The notes under the pieces: model-generated
The model's input: the letters and a program-made list of their open reading frames with translations, nothing else
Told to the model about the DNA's origin: nothing
Database searches by the model: none
DNA from: Paragordius varius
Lineage: Eukaryota; Animalia; Nematomorpha
Length of the DNA stretch: 64,000 nucleotides
Direction: 5' to 3'
Assembly (NCBI GenBank): GCA_964247055.1
Contig: OZ176051.1
Span: 14,136,001 to 14,200,000, forward strand
In this document: one piece after another, positions 52,101 through 64,000 of the stretch
How positions within the stretch are numbered: position 1 is the first letter of the stretch
Layout: each line of letters begins with the position of its first letter
Made by a program: the position numbers and the translations under genes

Positions 52101-53562
52101 TGTTAATTTGAAGAGAAGAAAATATAAGAAACGTGAAATGATATTTATTCTCTTTTTTGTGCTTTATATACACTATTTTAGGTGTACATAATTTGCATTA
52201 TAACAGTAAAATTTCGTGTAATAATGGATATAATATTTACATAGTACCAAAAAAATATAAAGTTAATATTCAAATCTCACAGAAAATTATGATAAACAAC
52301 CAAAGTATATATTTCAAATTTGCATGTAACATCACTTCACCCTTAGGCGAAATAAAACTAGTTTGAATGATAATACATGTTTTGGGTGTGTCGACGAATA
52401 TTTGCATAAGGTACATCATAGTTTGAAAGATAACATCACGTGTTGTGTGTCGACGAATCATTTGATTTATGCCTCTGTTACATGAAAATTTGAATATATA
52501 CTTTGGTTGTATATCATAATTTACTGTGAGATTTGAATTGTATTTTTTTATATTTTTTTGGTACTATGTAAATATTATATCCTTTGTTACACGAAATATA
52601 TTGTTATGCAAATTATGTACACCTAAAAATAGTGTATATAAAGCACAAAAAAACGAATAAAGATCATTTCACGTTTCTTATATTTTCTTCTTTTCAAATT
52701 TACAGCCTCACGCCATCCTGGACCATTTCTTGTTAAACTGGTCCAGCACTGAAATATTATCGGCGCGGTGAGGAATCTGAACGGTATCCTTTTGAAACGG
52801 AAACATCCTCTTTTTTGCATTAAAATTGTAGAGGGGGTGTAGCGACTCTTTATATCGGCCTGGGGAGGTAGGCGTCTTACAGATCAATCTTACTTGTCCG
52901 CACCAATCTAACTTACTCAACCATCAAATGTTGAATGATGTGGGAGTCTTCCCCAGCCATTTGTTGATAATGATTCCAGAGTCGCTATAGATACTTAGCC
53001 CGTTCACTTTCAGTGCCCTGGCGGTTGTACATATTTTTGGTTGGGTTTTCCGCATTTGCAATTACGGTTCCAGGCGGGATATTTGCTTGGCCCATGAACA
53101 CTCCCATAACCTTTGCGCGAATGTGTCTTAGGTTTTGATTGTTGTGATCGATTAAAATTATTACCATTGCTATAATTGGTATTATCATTATATATTTAGC
53201 TGGACATGTTGGTGATATTGGCAATTGACATTGTCATGGTTGTTGCACTTTCTCTATATCCACCATCCGAGTTTGGACTCCGATGGGCTCCACTGTTATG
53301 TTAGATTAATTGTTAGATTAGTTCGGATTCGCTTAGCTACCAGATGTTAATTCGAAGAGAAGATAGTATAAAAAACGTGAAATGATATTTATTCGTTTTT
53401 TGTGCTTTATATACACTATTTTTAGGTGTACATACTTTGCATTATAACAATAAAATTTCGTGTAACAAAGGATATAATACTTACATAGTACCAATACAAT
53501 TCAAATATCACAGAAAATTATGATATACAACCAAAGTATATATTTCAAATTTGCATGTAACA
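52101..53562 (-). mobile_element. Internally deleted mini LTR retroelement (Gypsy-derived)
   Basis: 5' LTR 53345-53562, PBS TGGTAGCTAAGCG, gag/RT remnants (IDL.DAYL; KRIPFRFLTAPIIFQ), purine tract aagggtgaagtga, 3' LTR 52101-52331; exact 5-bp TSD ATAAC. Confidence 0.92.
52476..52704 (+). mobile_element. Solo LTR of the same family, inserted antisense inside the mini element
   Basis: TGTTACATG..AAATTTACA; exact 5-bp TSD GCCTC at 52471-52475 and 52705-52709. Confidence 0.92.
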
Positions 53563-55401
53563 ATAACAACATTTATTTTGATATTAACAATAATTTTTGG
53601 CAAATTTGGTTTTGCCTCATGACAGGCCAATCTCAATACGACGTCCATATGATCATCGGTTTAGCGATTTCTATAATTCTTGATATACTTCATTTCTGAA
53701 TATGCCGTCTTACACGCGTAAGTTGAGGGAAAAACAGTTAGGATAACTTGAGCATATTTTTTTTCATATTTGTTTGGCACATCTTGCCAAAACTTTACAC
53801 ATCTTTCTTCTGTACGATTCTCTTTGAATATAGACATGATATGCGCCTGATCAAAACCCAAATGTTCGACTAGTTTGATATTGGTTATATCCATATGCCA
53901 TGGATTTTAAACGAGTTTTAATCAATTTATAAAATTTATTAATTCTTGAAATCTAAATTCATCTCATTAGATAAAAATGTTAAATGATTGTCATCCTCGC
54001 AGTAAATCCACACTTTCTACATGAATCGTTTTAAGTTTTAAAAAATATAGGAATGTTTAAATCATAAAATCGTTTATATATTATTTTCTCTTCAAAAGCA
54101 AATATTTTAATAGCAAATTGGGTTATTATTTTCTCCCTTGATGACTTATATCAAAAATTCTAAGTTTATAAGTAATGTCGCAAAGGTAGACTAATAACAC
54201 CCACTCTTTGTCACAATTAATTTCCTCGTCAATTTCTTAAATTTTAAAAATAATAGAATTTGTCTAAAAACAAAATATCTATTTAATACTTTGCTAAGGT
54301 TTAACCATCTCACGGGAGTACAAAAGAATATCATCAAATTCACTGTGGATATCTTTCAGAAGGTTTTTGAATTCATGATGATTGAATTCTCTGCCATGGA
54401 TGTGGTAACTATATCCACCACCTTTTTAATGTGGTTCATCTTTTACTCGCGGAACCAAGCTTTACTGATAATAGCAGTGAAAGGTTAAAATACATATTTT
54501 GTTTGTTTTTAAAAGAAGAATAAATCATTTGTTTATTCCAATAGGGAGCCGTCTGTGGAGATTGAAACCAATTCATAGATATACCGTTATTATTGAAAAA
54601 AGAACTAATTATATCAAGAAAATCATTTCCTTTCGTGGTATTATTCATTGGTAAAAATTTTTAATATTCCTCAATGATTATGTTGTCGTTGCAAAATCTC
54701 ACAGCATACATTGAGGTATTGAACTAACATCAATGCTAGAATCAATGGCAATACTATTTGCAGTTTTTCATAGCCAATAACGTCTTGTTAAATATATATT
54801 TAGACATGTCTTGAATAGTCGAGCACATGTTGAATCACAAAGTTGAAGTTTTTTAATTTGTTATGATTTGATCTTAATTATAAAATTTCTCAAATAAAAA
54901 AGAGCAACCCTTTAATAGACATTCTTTTATTAGTTGGGAATCAGTAAACGGTTTATATTTTTCCAAAAATATAGCAAATTCCGAGGCTAAGGTTACAGCT
55001 TTTTCCTGGGAGAAAGCCATGGACATAATAGATTTTTCTTTCTGGTATAATACTTTATTCTTTTTGTATTTTTTGTTTTCCGCATTCTGTTAATTTATGA
55101 GAAATTTGGATTGTAAATGTCTTTCAATATTGTATTTTTTTTATAATTATGTTGTCCTTAAAGGCAGGTAACAACATTTTTATTTAAAACAACAAAGAAT
55201 ATCTCTTCCCATTCTTTTGTAAAGTAGCGATTTTTCATCGGATAATTTACGTTTTTAGCAGAATATAATTTGATTTATGCTATAAAAAACCGGTCAAAAT
55301 TTAATGATGTTAATTTGAAAAATATTTGATGGAAATAAAAAATGATGCAGGATAGCAATAAAGAATATGTATATGAAAGTTTGGGTGAAAGGCTGGTTTA
55401 A

Positions 55402-55946
55402 CACTTCGATTCAATTTGGGGTATCTAATTCAGACTAAAGAGTTAGGATTTTTTAAAACTAAAGGAAACTGTCCCAATTTAATATGTTTCTATCCTAGTA
55501 AAAATTATATTATAAAGCGAAAATATCTTGATAAAATTTCGTTTTGAATTAAAAGTCTCATGCCAAACTACTTCCCCACCATTTTTATTTTACAAATTTT
55601 TCGCAAAATATCGTCTTCAGGGTAAAACTAAAGCTAATTTTTAATATAAATTACATCTAAAATTGATAGAAATAGAAAAAGCGGTTTATTTTGTATTATT
55701 TTTTAATTTTACCATTTCAAACATGTCACGTTGACGAAATTTTTACCTTTCGGTTTTAGCTTAAAATAAGTTATATCAAGTATTTTTGAATAAATTTTTT
55801 TATATATTTCGGTTTTTTAATGTTATATAAGTGCAAAATGCCATGTTTTCGATTCCTATAATTTTAATAAATTTAATAAACAGGCCTGGGGTTTAATTAC
55901 CCCAATTTGAATCGAAGGACTAAAATGAATGTGTTGTATCCAAGTT
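55402..55946 (-). mobile_element. piggyBac-like MITE, copy 3 (inverted)
   Basis: TTAA at 55398-55401 and 55947-55950; reverse complement of copies 1 and 2. Confidence 0.88.
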
Positions 55947-56259
55947 TTAAATACAAAAAAGGAATGCAATAAAAATTATAGAAAAGAAAATAATACAGAA
56001 ACAAAACAACGTGTGCCAAAATTTTTAATGTAGGGAAATTTTTAATTGCGTAAAAAATTAAAATTCAAAATTAAATATAAAGAAAATAACTATTAAAATA
56101 AGCGAAAATTCGTTTATGTGTAAAAATTCAGCAATAAAGATAATAAATTAAGTATCATTATGATAATAGGGCAATTTTAAAGATTAGGGCCGCATGCGGT
56201 CCGCGGGCCTGGTTTGAGACTGATTTAGACTGTTTCTATTGCGCTTCAAAATATATTGT

Positions 56260-56620
56260 AACTGGACTCACCAAAATTTTGCTATAAGTTCAATTTTCAA
56301 GCAAAAAATCCCATTTTACGGAACATTTTTTATGCCAAAATTTAGCAAATAAAAATATATCAGCATTTTTGCGTTTAGAAAAAAATTTTCATTTAGACGG
56401 GTCCAAAAATTTGAGATTATCGTGCCCACATCTAAATTTTTAATTTTTATAAAATATTATATATATAATTTATAATATATTTTAGTGAAATTTTGTAATG
56501 AAACATTTATCTCAAAAATATTTTTTGTAAAATGTGCGCAAATTTTGCCATTTTAATAGTGTTAATACTTTTTATAATTACTCTTAAGGCCCAAACAATA
56601 GTTCTAAGTATATAAAATAA
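56260..56620. mobile_element. FB-TA foldback family fragment
   Basis: Right-arm blocks (cattttagacgggtccaaaaattt..cccacatctaaa..ttaaggcccaaac). Confidence 0.55.
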
Positions 56621-56629
56621 ATATCTAGA

Positions 56630-57655
56630 AGGCTAATGATTTATGAAGCAAGAAGACCAATTCAAAAGCATATAGGAATGAACAGGGAGTTGCATGGTAA
56701 TTTCAATATTGAAAAGACGTTTGAAAATATACAACTGAGTACAATATGGTGGAGTTTAGAACGGAAAAACGTTCCTAAAAATTACATAAAAATTAAAAAA
56801 TTCTGTATGGCTTTCACCATCTTAAAGTTAAAACACACCAGTAGTGTCAGATCCATTAAAATAAACCAAGGCATCTATCAGCGGTCAGCAATCAGTTCGT
56901 TGCTATTTATATGAACGAAATTTCAAAAGAAGTAAGGCAACATGGTGGCTGGTATTCTCTTTATGCAGACGACATAATAGTGCTGTCAGACGAGTAGCAT
57001 GAATTGAAATAATTGATAAGCAAATGGATTGTTAAAAGAACTCGGAACTCATAAATTTTGGTGGAAAAAAACGAGAAAAGGAATTAAAAAGGTTACGTTT
57101 TAAAAGGTCCGGAGGAATGCAAATATATAGCCGCAAGTAAATGGTTCTTTAACGCATGATACAAATCTTAGAATTCGAAATAGTTGGGCAAATTATAAAA
57201 AGATTTAAATGTTTAGTACGATAAAAAAAATTGACCTAAAGGTCAAGGGTAAGATTTATAGTGCTATTTTACAGCCAGCAATGATGTACAACTTACACAA
57301 ATGGGCATTAAAGAAATCAGAAGAGAGGCACTTTGAAAAGAGAATGCTTAGATTAATGTGCCGTGTAACGAGGAAAGACTGGGTGAGGAATGAATACATG
57401 ATTTAGTACGGAAATCAAACCAATAACCAAAAATTGATGTAAATCGTCTTAGTGGTTTGGATCTAAGAAGAGATAACTACATTGGTAAAAAGATTGATGA
57501 TACGAGGGCGCCCTAAAAATCGATGGATAGATACGGTTAAGAGGACATGGCAAAACTGAACCTAAAAAGCGAGGACGCCATAGACAGGGTTCTACGGCGA
57601 AAGAGTTTAGGGATATGACCGCTCGAAGGACTGATGTCGTATAATGTAATTAATT
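56630..57655 (+). mobile_element. RTE LINE, 5'-truncated degraded copy (family of 36096-38647)
   Basis: STIWWSL, LYADD, KVKGKIYSA..QP.MMYN; 3' end accgctcgaag..gatgtcgtataatgtaatt matches 38600-38640. Confidence 0.92.
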
Positions 57656-57789
57656 GGATTAGATTGAAACCATTAATTATTAAAACAGCCTTAACCATTA
57701 AATTGAAATCCAACTTAATATAAGAAGTTATATTTCAAAAAATGTGCTTTGATAAAAGCTAATTTAGCATACATCCCAATCAATTTTTT

Positions 57790-59079
57790 AGCTGCATTTG
57801 TTTCATGTAATCGATATGCCTAAATTAGAAATAATATAGTTTTCCAAAACCATGCTATATACTGTAATGTGCAGGTATTGATTAAGAATTAGTTCCTTAA
57901 ACATGCAGTTACCAATATTTAAACAGCTGTTGACGCGCTTTATTAAAATATCACATGTTCTTTTTAAACTTGTCTAAAAAGGAGCCATGTATCGGATAAT
58001 GAGCGTTGAACTGATTTAACAATTGTTTGAGCATTGTAGGAAGTGTGCAATTTCCACTTTTACAAATGGATATTTTTTACTGCAATTAATAATTAAATTG
58101 ATGTAAATACCGTAAAAATTGAAAGGATACAGACAAAATGCAAAAACATAAAGATAAATGAATTTAAAAATTCCATGTTATAACCTTGATTTTTTCTATG
58201 TAAATTATTGCAAAGTATGAAATTGAGATGCATATCGGTAGCACAATCAATTACATTGCTATTTAAAACAATAATATATATGGGTTAAAGTTTAAAAAAT
58301 TTACATTGGTGGTTTAAAAAATGTTGTCTTTATATTTTTTACATTTTGTGCGTATAATTTTATTTATTACTGTTTAAATTTTTAATTTAAATACTCATCA
58401 CGTATTCATAATCTCCGTACTCCCCTTCGTCATAAATTTCATCTTATTTTTCGGGTTCTGGTGGACTAGGGGTTGGGTTTAAAAAACCACATTTTTGAAG
58501 ATTGTGTCCATTTACTGGGATGACATTTAAACATTTAATGTTAGATTCTGCACTGCTGCTGAGCATATCATCGCTATCACAATATACCCTATCCGTGTTG
58601 TGTGTGGAAAGGGAAATGGAATTATTTTTACCATAACTTTTGGGTTTTCGGATAACTTGGAAATATGGTACATATATATATATATGATTATGGTTAATTA
58701 TATTACTTATGTTTGACTTTCAATATTCGGATATAGATCGACACAGCATTCAAAAGTAATGGCTAGTTTTGCATTTTTTTTTAATTTAAATATATGTTTT
58801 ATACATTAAAATTTAAATATTAAAACAATTAAAATATAAAATTTTACTTTCTATATTCCAACACCAAATTTAAATGGGAGGCTTAATTTTCATTGGTTTT
58901 ACAAGTAATAAATTTTACAATAAAAAAATAAAAAATCTTATCTCCAAAATAATTGGATTCTCGGTAATAACATCCATGCCCAGTATGATTTGACAATTAA
59001 AGGTATTGTGTCGTGCTTCAGTATAATATAAGCCAATACTGCTCAAACAAATTGAAATTAATGTTAAAGTTTGATTCAT
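57790..59079 (-). pseudogene. Candidate multi-exon gene for a secreted Cys-containing protein, apparently disrupted
   Basis: ATG at 59079: MNQTLTLISICLSSIGLYYTEA (signal-like). Downstream AG-bounded segments ITFECCVDLY.., IRKPKSYG..VYCDSDD..IKC..QKCGFLNPTPSPPEPEK*DEIYDEG, NVIDCATDMHLNFILC, ICKSGNCTLPTMLKQLLNQF and SCLNIGNCMFKELILNQY. Needs one read-through stop and small frameshifts. Confidence 0.4.
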
Positions 59080-59569
59080 ATATTTTATTTAACATTGTAT
59101 TATAACAAAATTCGGTAATTATATTTTTTTAAATAACTTTTAAGTCCATATATCACCAATAAATGGAATATGATGTTAATATAACGCTAATTAATGTCGG
59201 CCCATCTACAAAAATATAAAACAAATTTAAATCTTTCCAGTAATAATTCTATTTTTTGTAAGCTTCTGAGAATTATTACTAAAAGGAATATTATAAGAAA
59301 TAAATGCAAGATTAAATGCACAAAAAAGAGGGTTAATTTTTTTAACAAAATTTTTTTTCATGAGGCTTATGACCAGCGAAATATGCCGCAAAAATTTTTA
59401 TTTGTTCCTAGTTTTTGAAATATTGAGAAAAATCAAAATCGAAAAAGTGAATTCTAAAGTTGATTTTAAAAATAATAAAAGTAAATATATTATGGTTTAT
59501 TATCATTTTAAGAAATTATATATAAACATTCTAAAATTATATAAATAGGATTTCTATTAAATATCAGTT

Positions 59570-60225
59570 CAAAACATGGTGTTTTTCTCACTAAGAGACA
59601 AATAATTTTTTTACTATATTTATATTAAAATATTTTTTTCAATTATTTACTCGGTAAACTCACTATTAAAATCTTAACATTCATATTTTATTCAGTAAAA
59701 AAAACTTCTATATCTAAATAAAAATAAAAAAATATTGTTTTCTATTTTTTCATTTTTTGTAATTTGGCTTATACCTGTTTAAAAATTTACTGTCTTATTT
59801 TGGAATTTCACATGAGCGAGAATTATAAAGTATATAATCAAGTAGTGAAAAATTAATCAAATATCCGTACATATTTCAGAAATATACTAATTTTTATTAA
59901 AACAAACTTTTACAGGGATTTATAAGGATTGTTGGTTGATATTCCACTGCTTTTAAATCCTTTTAAACAAAAATTATATATTTTAATCCCACTCATGTAA
60001 GATTCCAAAATAAAACAGTATAAATTTTTTAAACACCCATAAACCAGATGACAAAAAATGAAAAAGTACAAAACAATATTTTATAGTTTTATTTTGATAA
60101 GTTTTTTGTTCTAAATAAAATGTGAATATTAAGATTTTAATAGTGAGTTTACCTAAATAATAGAAAAAAATTTTCATATATTTTCATAAAATAACTCATC
60201 TGTGTGTTAAAAATGGCCATCTTTT
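59570..60225. repeat. Inverted-repeat element (putative MITE)
   Basis: ggtaaactcactattaaaatcttaacattcatattttatt (~59655) vs aataaaatgtgaatattaagattttaatagtgagtttacc (~60115). Confidence 0.65.
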
Positions 60226-60570
60226 AAACTGAGATATTTTGAAACCCCATTTATACGATTTTAGGCTGTATATATTGAAAATATCTTCTAAAATGATAAT
60301 TAACCATAATATCCCAACTATCCTTAATTTTCACTTTTTGCCCGATTTTGATTTTCTCTCAATATTTCAACTAGGTCGTATACAAATAAAAAATTTTACG
60401 GCAAATGAATACGCTGGTCATAAGCTATCTCAATTATTTTGTTAAAAAAAATTTTGCACACAGTGTAAATAATTCTTCTACAGTCTGAGAGAAGGAGCAA
60501 ATTTTTTTGCATAAACTTTATCTTACCTTTTAAACCGAGCAATTAAGGGCCTAACTCTTACAGTCAACAT

Positions 60571-60738
60571 TAGGGGTGTCCAACACAAATTTCGTGAGCT
60601 GCTTTAATATTTTTTGGTTTTTTAATTTATTTTAAATTTCGGTTTATATATTTCTAAATAATCGGGAAATTTCGATTATCCACAATTATTTTTTTAGAGC
60701 ACTTTTTTGCACTGAACAAAGCGTGCTGGACATGCCTG
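60571..60738. mobile_element. Short hAT MITE
   Basis: (T)AGGGGTGTCCAAC..GCTGGACATGCCTG; flanks gtcaacat/gttaacac. Confidence 0.65.
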
Positions 60739-61900
60739 GTTAACACTATTAGCGACAAGTTCATTCTTACTCAATTTTGTATTTTATCCATATTATATGA
60801 AACTTCTCAAGCAATTTATGTAAAAACGTCTTTGAATTATAAATATAATTAAGCTTTAGGGGCCCTGTGTGTTTTAAAAATCATAGAGGATCGACCACAG
60901 TATATAAAATGATGAGCAATTTTTGGAACTAAAATTATATGACTAAATACCCAATAAAAAACCTAGGCTTCATTGTTTTTACATGCTTTAATAAACAGTG
61001 GGGTACATATAATCTTTCCCAAAAAGTGGAAAATTGTAAATGCGAGTGTTCATATATCATCTTTGTTAGGTATAATATTTGTTGTCAAGTTTAATTGTAA
61101 TTATCCTAAACGAAATACCAAAGATACTTAAATAATTTTTTTATAAAATAAAAGTATGAGTACCTTTCGGTCTCATAACTTACATAATGACCAATCAAAA
61201 ATGTTTTTTAAAAAAAGTGTGATAAATAACAAAGCAGCTTTAACCACAACAACCTATAGAGGATTTTTGGTAAAAACGGTTGTTTAAACCATTTACTCGA
61301 ATATTTGAACTAAAAAAACTCATCTATTTCGCTTTTTCCAACTAGTGTTACTACGGCTGAGAGAGTGATAAATCAAATGTATAAATTAATTATCTAATCT
61401 CATGCACTTTTAAAGGTGTCCTAGTTTACTTAAATTAAACTCCTTTGTACCAGTTGGATGGTGTTTTAAAGAAAGAGTCAAAAACAATTTCTTTTGTAAA
61501 AATTTAATATTTATTGTGTATTCACAAATTTTTATCTTTTTTGAAAAGCTTGATGATGCAAATTAGAGATGCCTTTTTTATTATCGCGCTTGGCTATTAA
61601 AAGGATCGAAAATCAAGAGTTAAAGATACTTTTTCAACCATTTTATACGTAAATTTCAAGCAGTTAGGCAAATTTCCTACGGTTAAACGCTATAAAAACA
61701 TCAAGATTAATTTTAAGGTCGTATATATTAAATTAGACAACCAATTAATTATTTAAATTAAAAGGTCAATTAATAAATAATATTTGACTGATATCCATCC
61801 ATGAAATATAAAATATATATTAAGTATGTCAAGGTACTCAAAAAAAAACTATAAAAGAGATTTTGTAATTGGAGATTTGTACTTCATATAATTATACTAA

Positions 61901-62682
61901 ATGAAAATAAAAAATTTTTCTTCAAGTTTTTATGTTTTGTTAATTTTTTTCTTAATTTTTTGTGTTCATGAAACCAATCAATATCGACATCCGAATCGTG
62001 GCAGGAGGCCAAGCAGACGAAGTAATATACATATTTATAGGGTGAATTTTTAGCAAATTATATGCAATTTAAAATGATTTTAAACTTATAAGGGTAAAGA
62101 TTATTTTAATTTTTTTTTAATTATTTTAAAATAAATTTAGATATAAATTTTTTTATCTTTATATATGGCTTAACTCAGAATGATTTTGCAATTTAACACA
62201 AAGAGCCCAATATAAACCGTTAATTCGTTGACATTTATTTGAGAAATTAACATGAGGTTTAAGAAATTGAACCTAGCGACTAAAGTATAACTATTTAAAT
62301 TTGCATGGAAGCCCATCATATTGAATTATAACTAAAAAGCCATATTGTACACTTATGACTATTCTGTACTGAGACATACTCAAAAGAATGTTTCAATTTA
62401 CCATTTCGTTTATATAACTTGCTTTGTAGTCAATCTTAAACTAAACGGTCTGACATACCGATAGTAAAGAATTTTAATTATATATATATGGATTGATTGA
62501 CAATTTGTATAAAATAATTAAATTTAATTTACATAATTGAAAAAGTATTATAATGATCCAAAATATCGCTTTGTTTTAATTAATTTTTTTGTATTTTATA
62601 CGCGTTAGTCCTCAACATCTTATTTTATATAACTTTAGCAACTGCAACGACAACAGCCACAACACCTGTAGCTCCACCCTGA
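61901..62682 (+). CDS. Candidate two-exon small secreted peptide (55 aa)
   Basis: Exon 1 61901-62021 and exon 2 62639-62682 join in phase 1 via GT..AG: MKIKNFSSSFYVLLIFFLIFCVHETNQYRHPNRGRRPSRRTTATTTATTPVAPP*. Both coding parts are GC-richer than their flanks; AATAAA near 62735. Confidence 0.5.
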
Positions 62683-63404
62683 CCCAAAACTCTTCAAAGA
62701 AAACCCATTTCAAACTTTTGATTATTTTTTCGTTAATAAATGTTAAATAAATTTAAATTTACGATTCGCAATATTAGCTATGTACCTAAATCATTTTGTA
62801 GAGAATTTATATTAATGTATATCTGATGAAATAAGGGGTACCTTTCGAAGACAATCAAATATGAGAGGTTTATATAAATTAATAAATAAACTGGTCCCTA
62901 TAATCGATAAATATCTTCAGTTTATCCAAACTTACTTAATTATGTTGTGTCCATTCTGATTTATAATCAGAATCTTAAAATTTTGTGAGTATCAATATTT
63001 TATCTTTTGGTTAAATATTAATTTAATTAACGAGATTACTGGTGTCAATAATAGGAATCGGCTGTTTAAATGACAAAAACATTTAATTATTTATTATTTA
63101 TTTTTGACAATATTTTTCTGCCAGTGTTTTGAGTGTAAAATTCTGTTGAGGACAAAAAGTTTGCTATGAAGACTATACACTTATGAATTTTTAAATGCTA
63201 AAGGCCTTGTTTTTTAGTCCTATATCATATATATTTTTTTAGTTTAAAATGGCTCTGGATATTACCCTAAAACATATTAAAGTGGTTAACATTCTTCACT
63301 GAACTAAATATTAATTAAATTTGTTCATGATGCGTTATTTAGACCATATCTTACAACCAATGTCTTTATGTAAACTGACAGTATAAAAAATAAACAGTTT
63401 AGAG

Positions 63405-64000
63405 CAGTGGTACTCACTAAATAGCGGATGATCGCATGTAAATCAAGCTTAAAAGTCGTTTTGCACCATTTAGTTAAAAAATTAAAATACTTTGATAATT
63501 ATTTTGATGTTAACGAATTTTTGAATTTCGTTTCGTCTCATCACAGGCCAATCTTAATCGGTTAAGCGATTAATGTATGTATTCTTGGCATACTTCATTT
63601 TTAAATATGCCGTCTCACACGTGTAAGTTGATGGAAAAACAGTTAGGAAAACTTGAGCACATATTTAATATTTTCATATTTATTTGGCACATCTTGGCAA
63701 AAACATATCTTTCTTCTCCACCATTCTCCTTGAATATAGCCTCCCAACTGGAATCATTTTTAAAATCTATGAATTCTTCAATGATGCGCCTGATCAAAAC
63801 CGAAATGCTCGAGTTGTTGGATATATCCATATGTCATGAATTTTCAACGAGTTTTAAGCATTTTTAATATTTCTTAATTCTTGAAATCTTAATTTTCTCA
63901 TCGGATAATAATGTTAAATCTTTTTTTATTAAATATATCTCCGCGTTAATATTTTCTTCATAAATCGTTTTAAATGTTGGGATATATAGGAGTGTTATTT
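63405..64000 (-). mobile_element. hAT (GTF2IRD2-like) transposon 3' end, second copy, runs off the window
   Basis: TIR CAGTGGTACTCA preceded by gtttagag; FPSTYTCETAYLKMKYAKNTYINRLTD; nucleotide similarity to 53600-54000. Confidence 0.88.

Larger units (their letters stand above)
52010..56222 (-). mobile_element. hAT (Buster/SPIN, GTF2IRD2-like) transposon relic; transposase ~53600-55290
   Basis: EWEEIFF..KKYNIERH; KPFTDSQLIKECL; TTKG.D; VFPSTYACKTAYSEMKYIKNYRNR. The region either side of the 52101-53562 insert matches the terminus at 63405-63550. A possible opposite TIR ends at 56222, followed by atttagac. Confidence 0.8.

Noticed and set aside
1-64000. Prokaryote-style operon, defence system, rRNA or tRNA genes
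   Set aside because: Coding density is low, genes are spliced, and no rRNA or tRNA structure was recognised; tRNA-complementary motifs are only retroelement primer-binding sites.

Overview
Very AT-rich (roughly three-quarters A+T by eye), intron-containing eukaryotic (animal-like) DNA; the species cannot be named from sequence alone. Much of the window is transposon-derived: Ty3/Gypsy LTR relics, RTE-clade LINEs, hAT transposase relics and MITEs, a CACTA-like MITE, non-autonomous Helitrons, piggyBac-like MITEs and two foldback families. Several are nested in an order that can be read from their target-site duplications (TSDs). The host genes are mostly missed by the ORF track and were assembled by hand from splice signals. 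They are a ~19-exon, highly divergent, apparently secreted neprilysin (M13)-like gene at 15868-30727 with no detectable HExxH zinc motif, a broken paralogue near 2760-5166, and two candidate secreted-protein genes near 57.8-59.1 kb (-) and 61.9-62.7 kb (+). No rRNA, tRNA or CRISPR array was seen. All homology calls come from motif recognition by eye; no database search was run.
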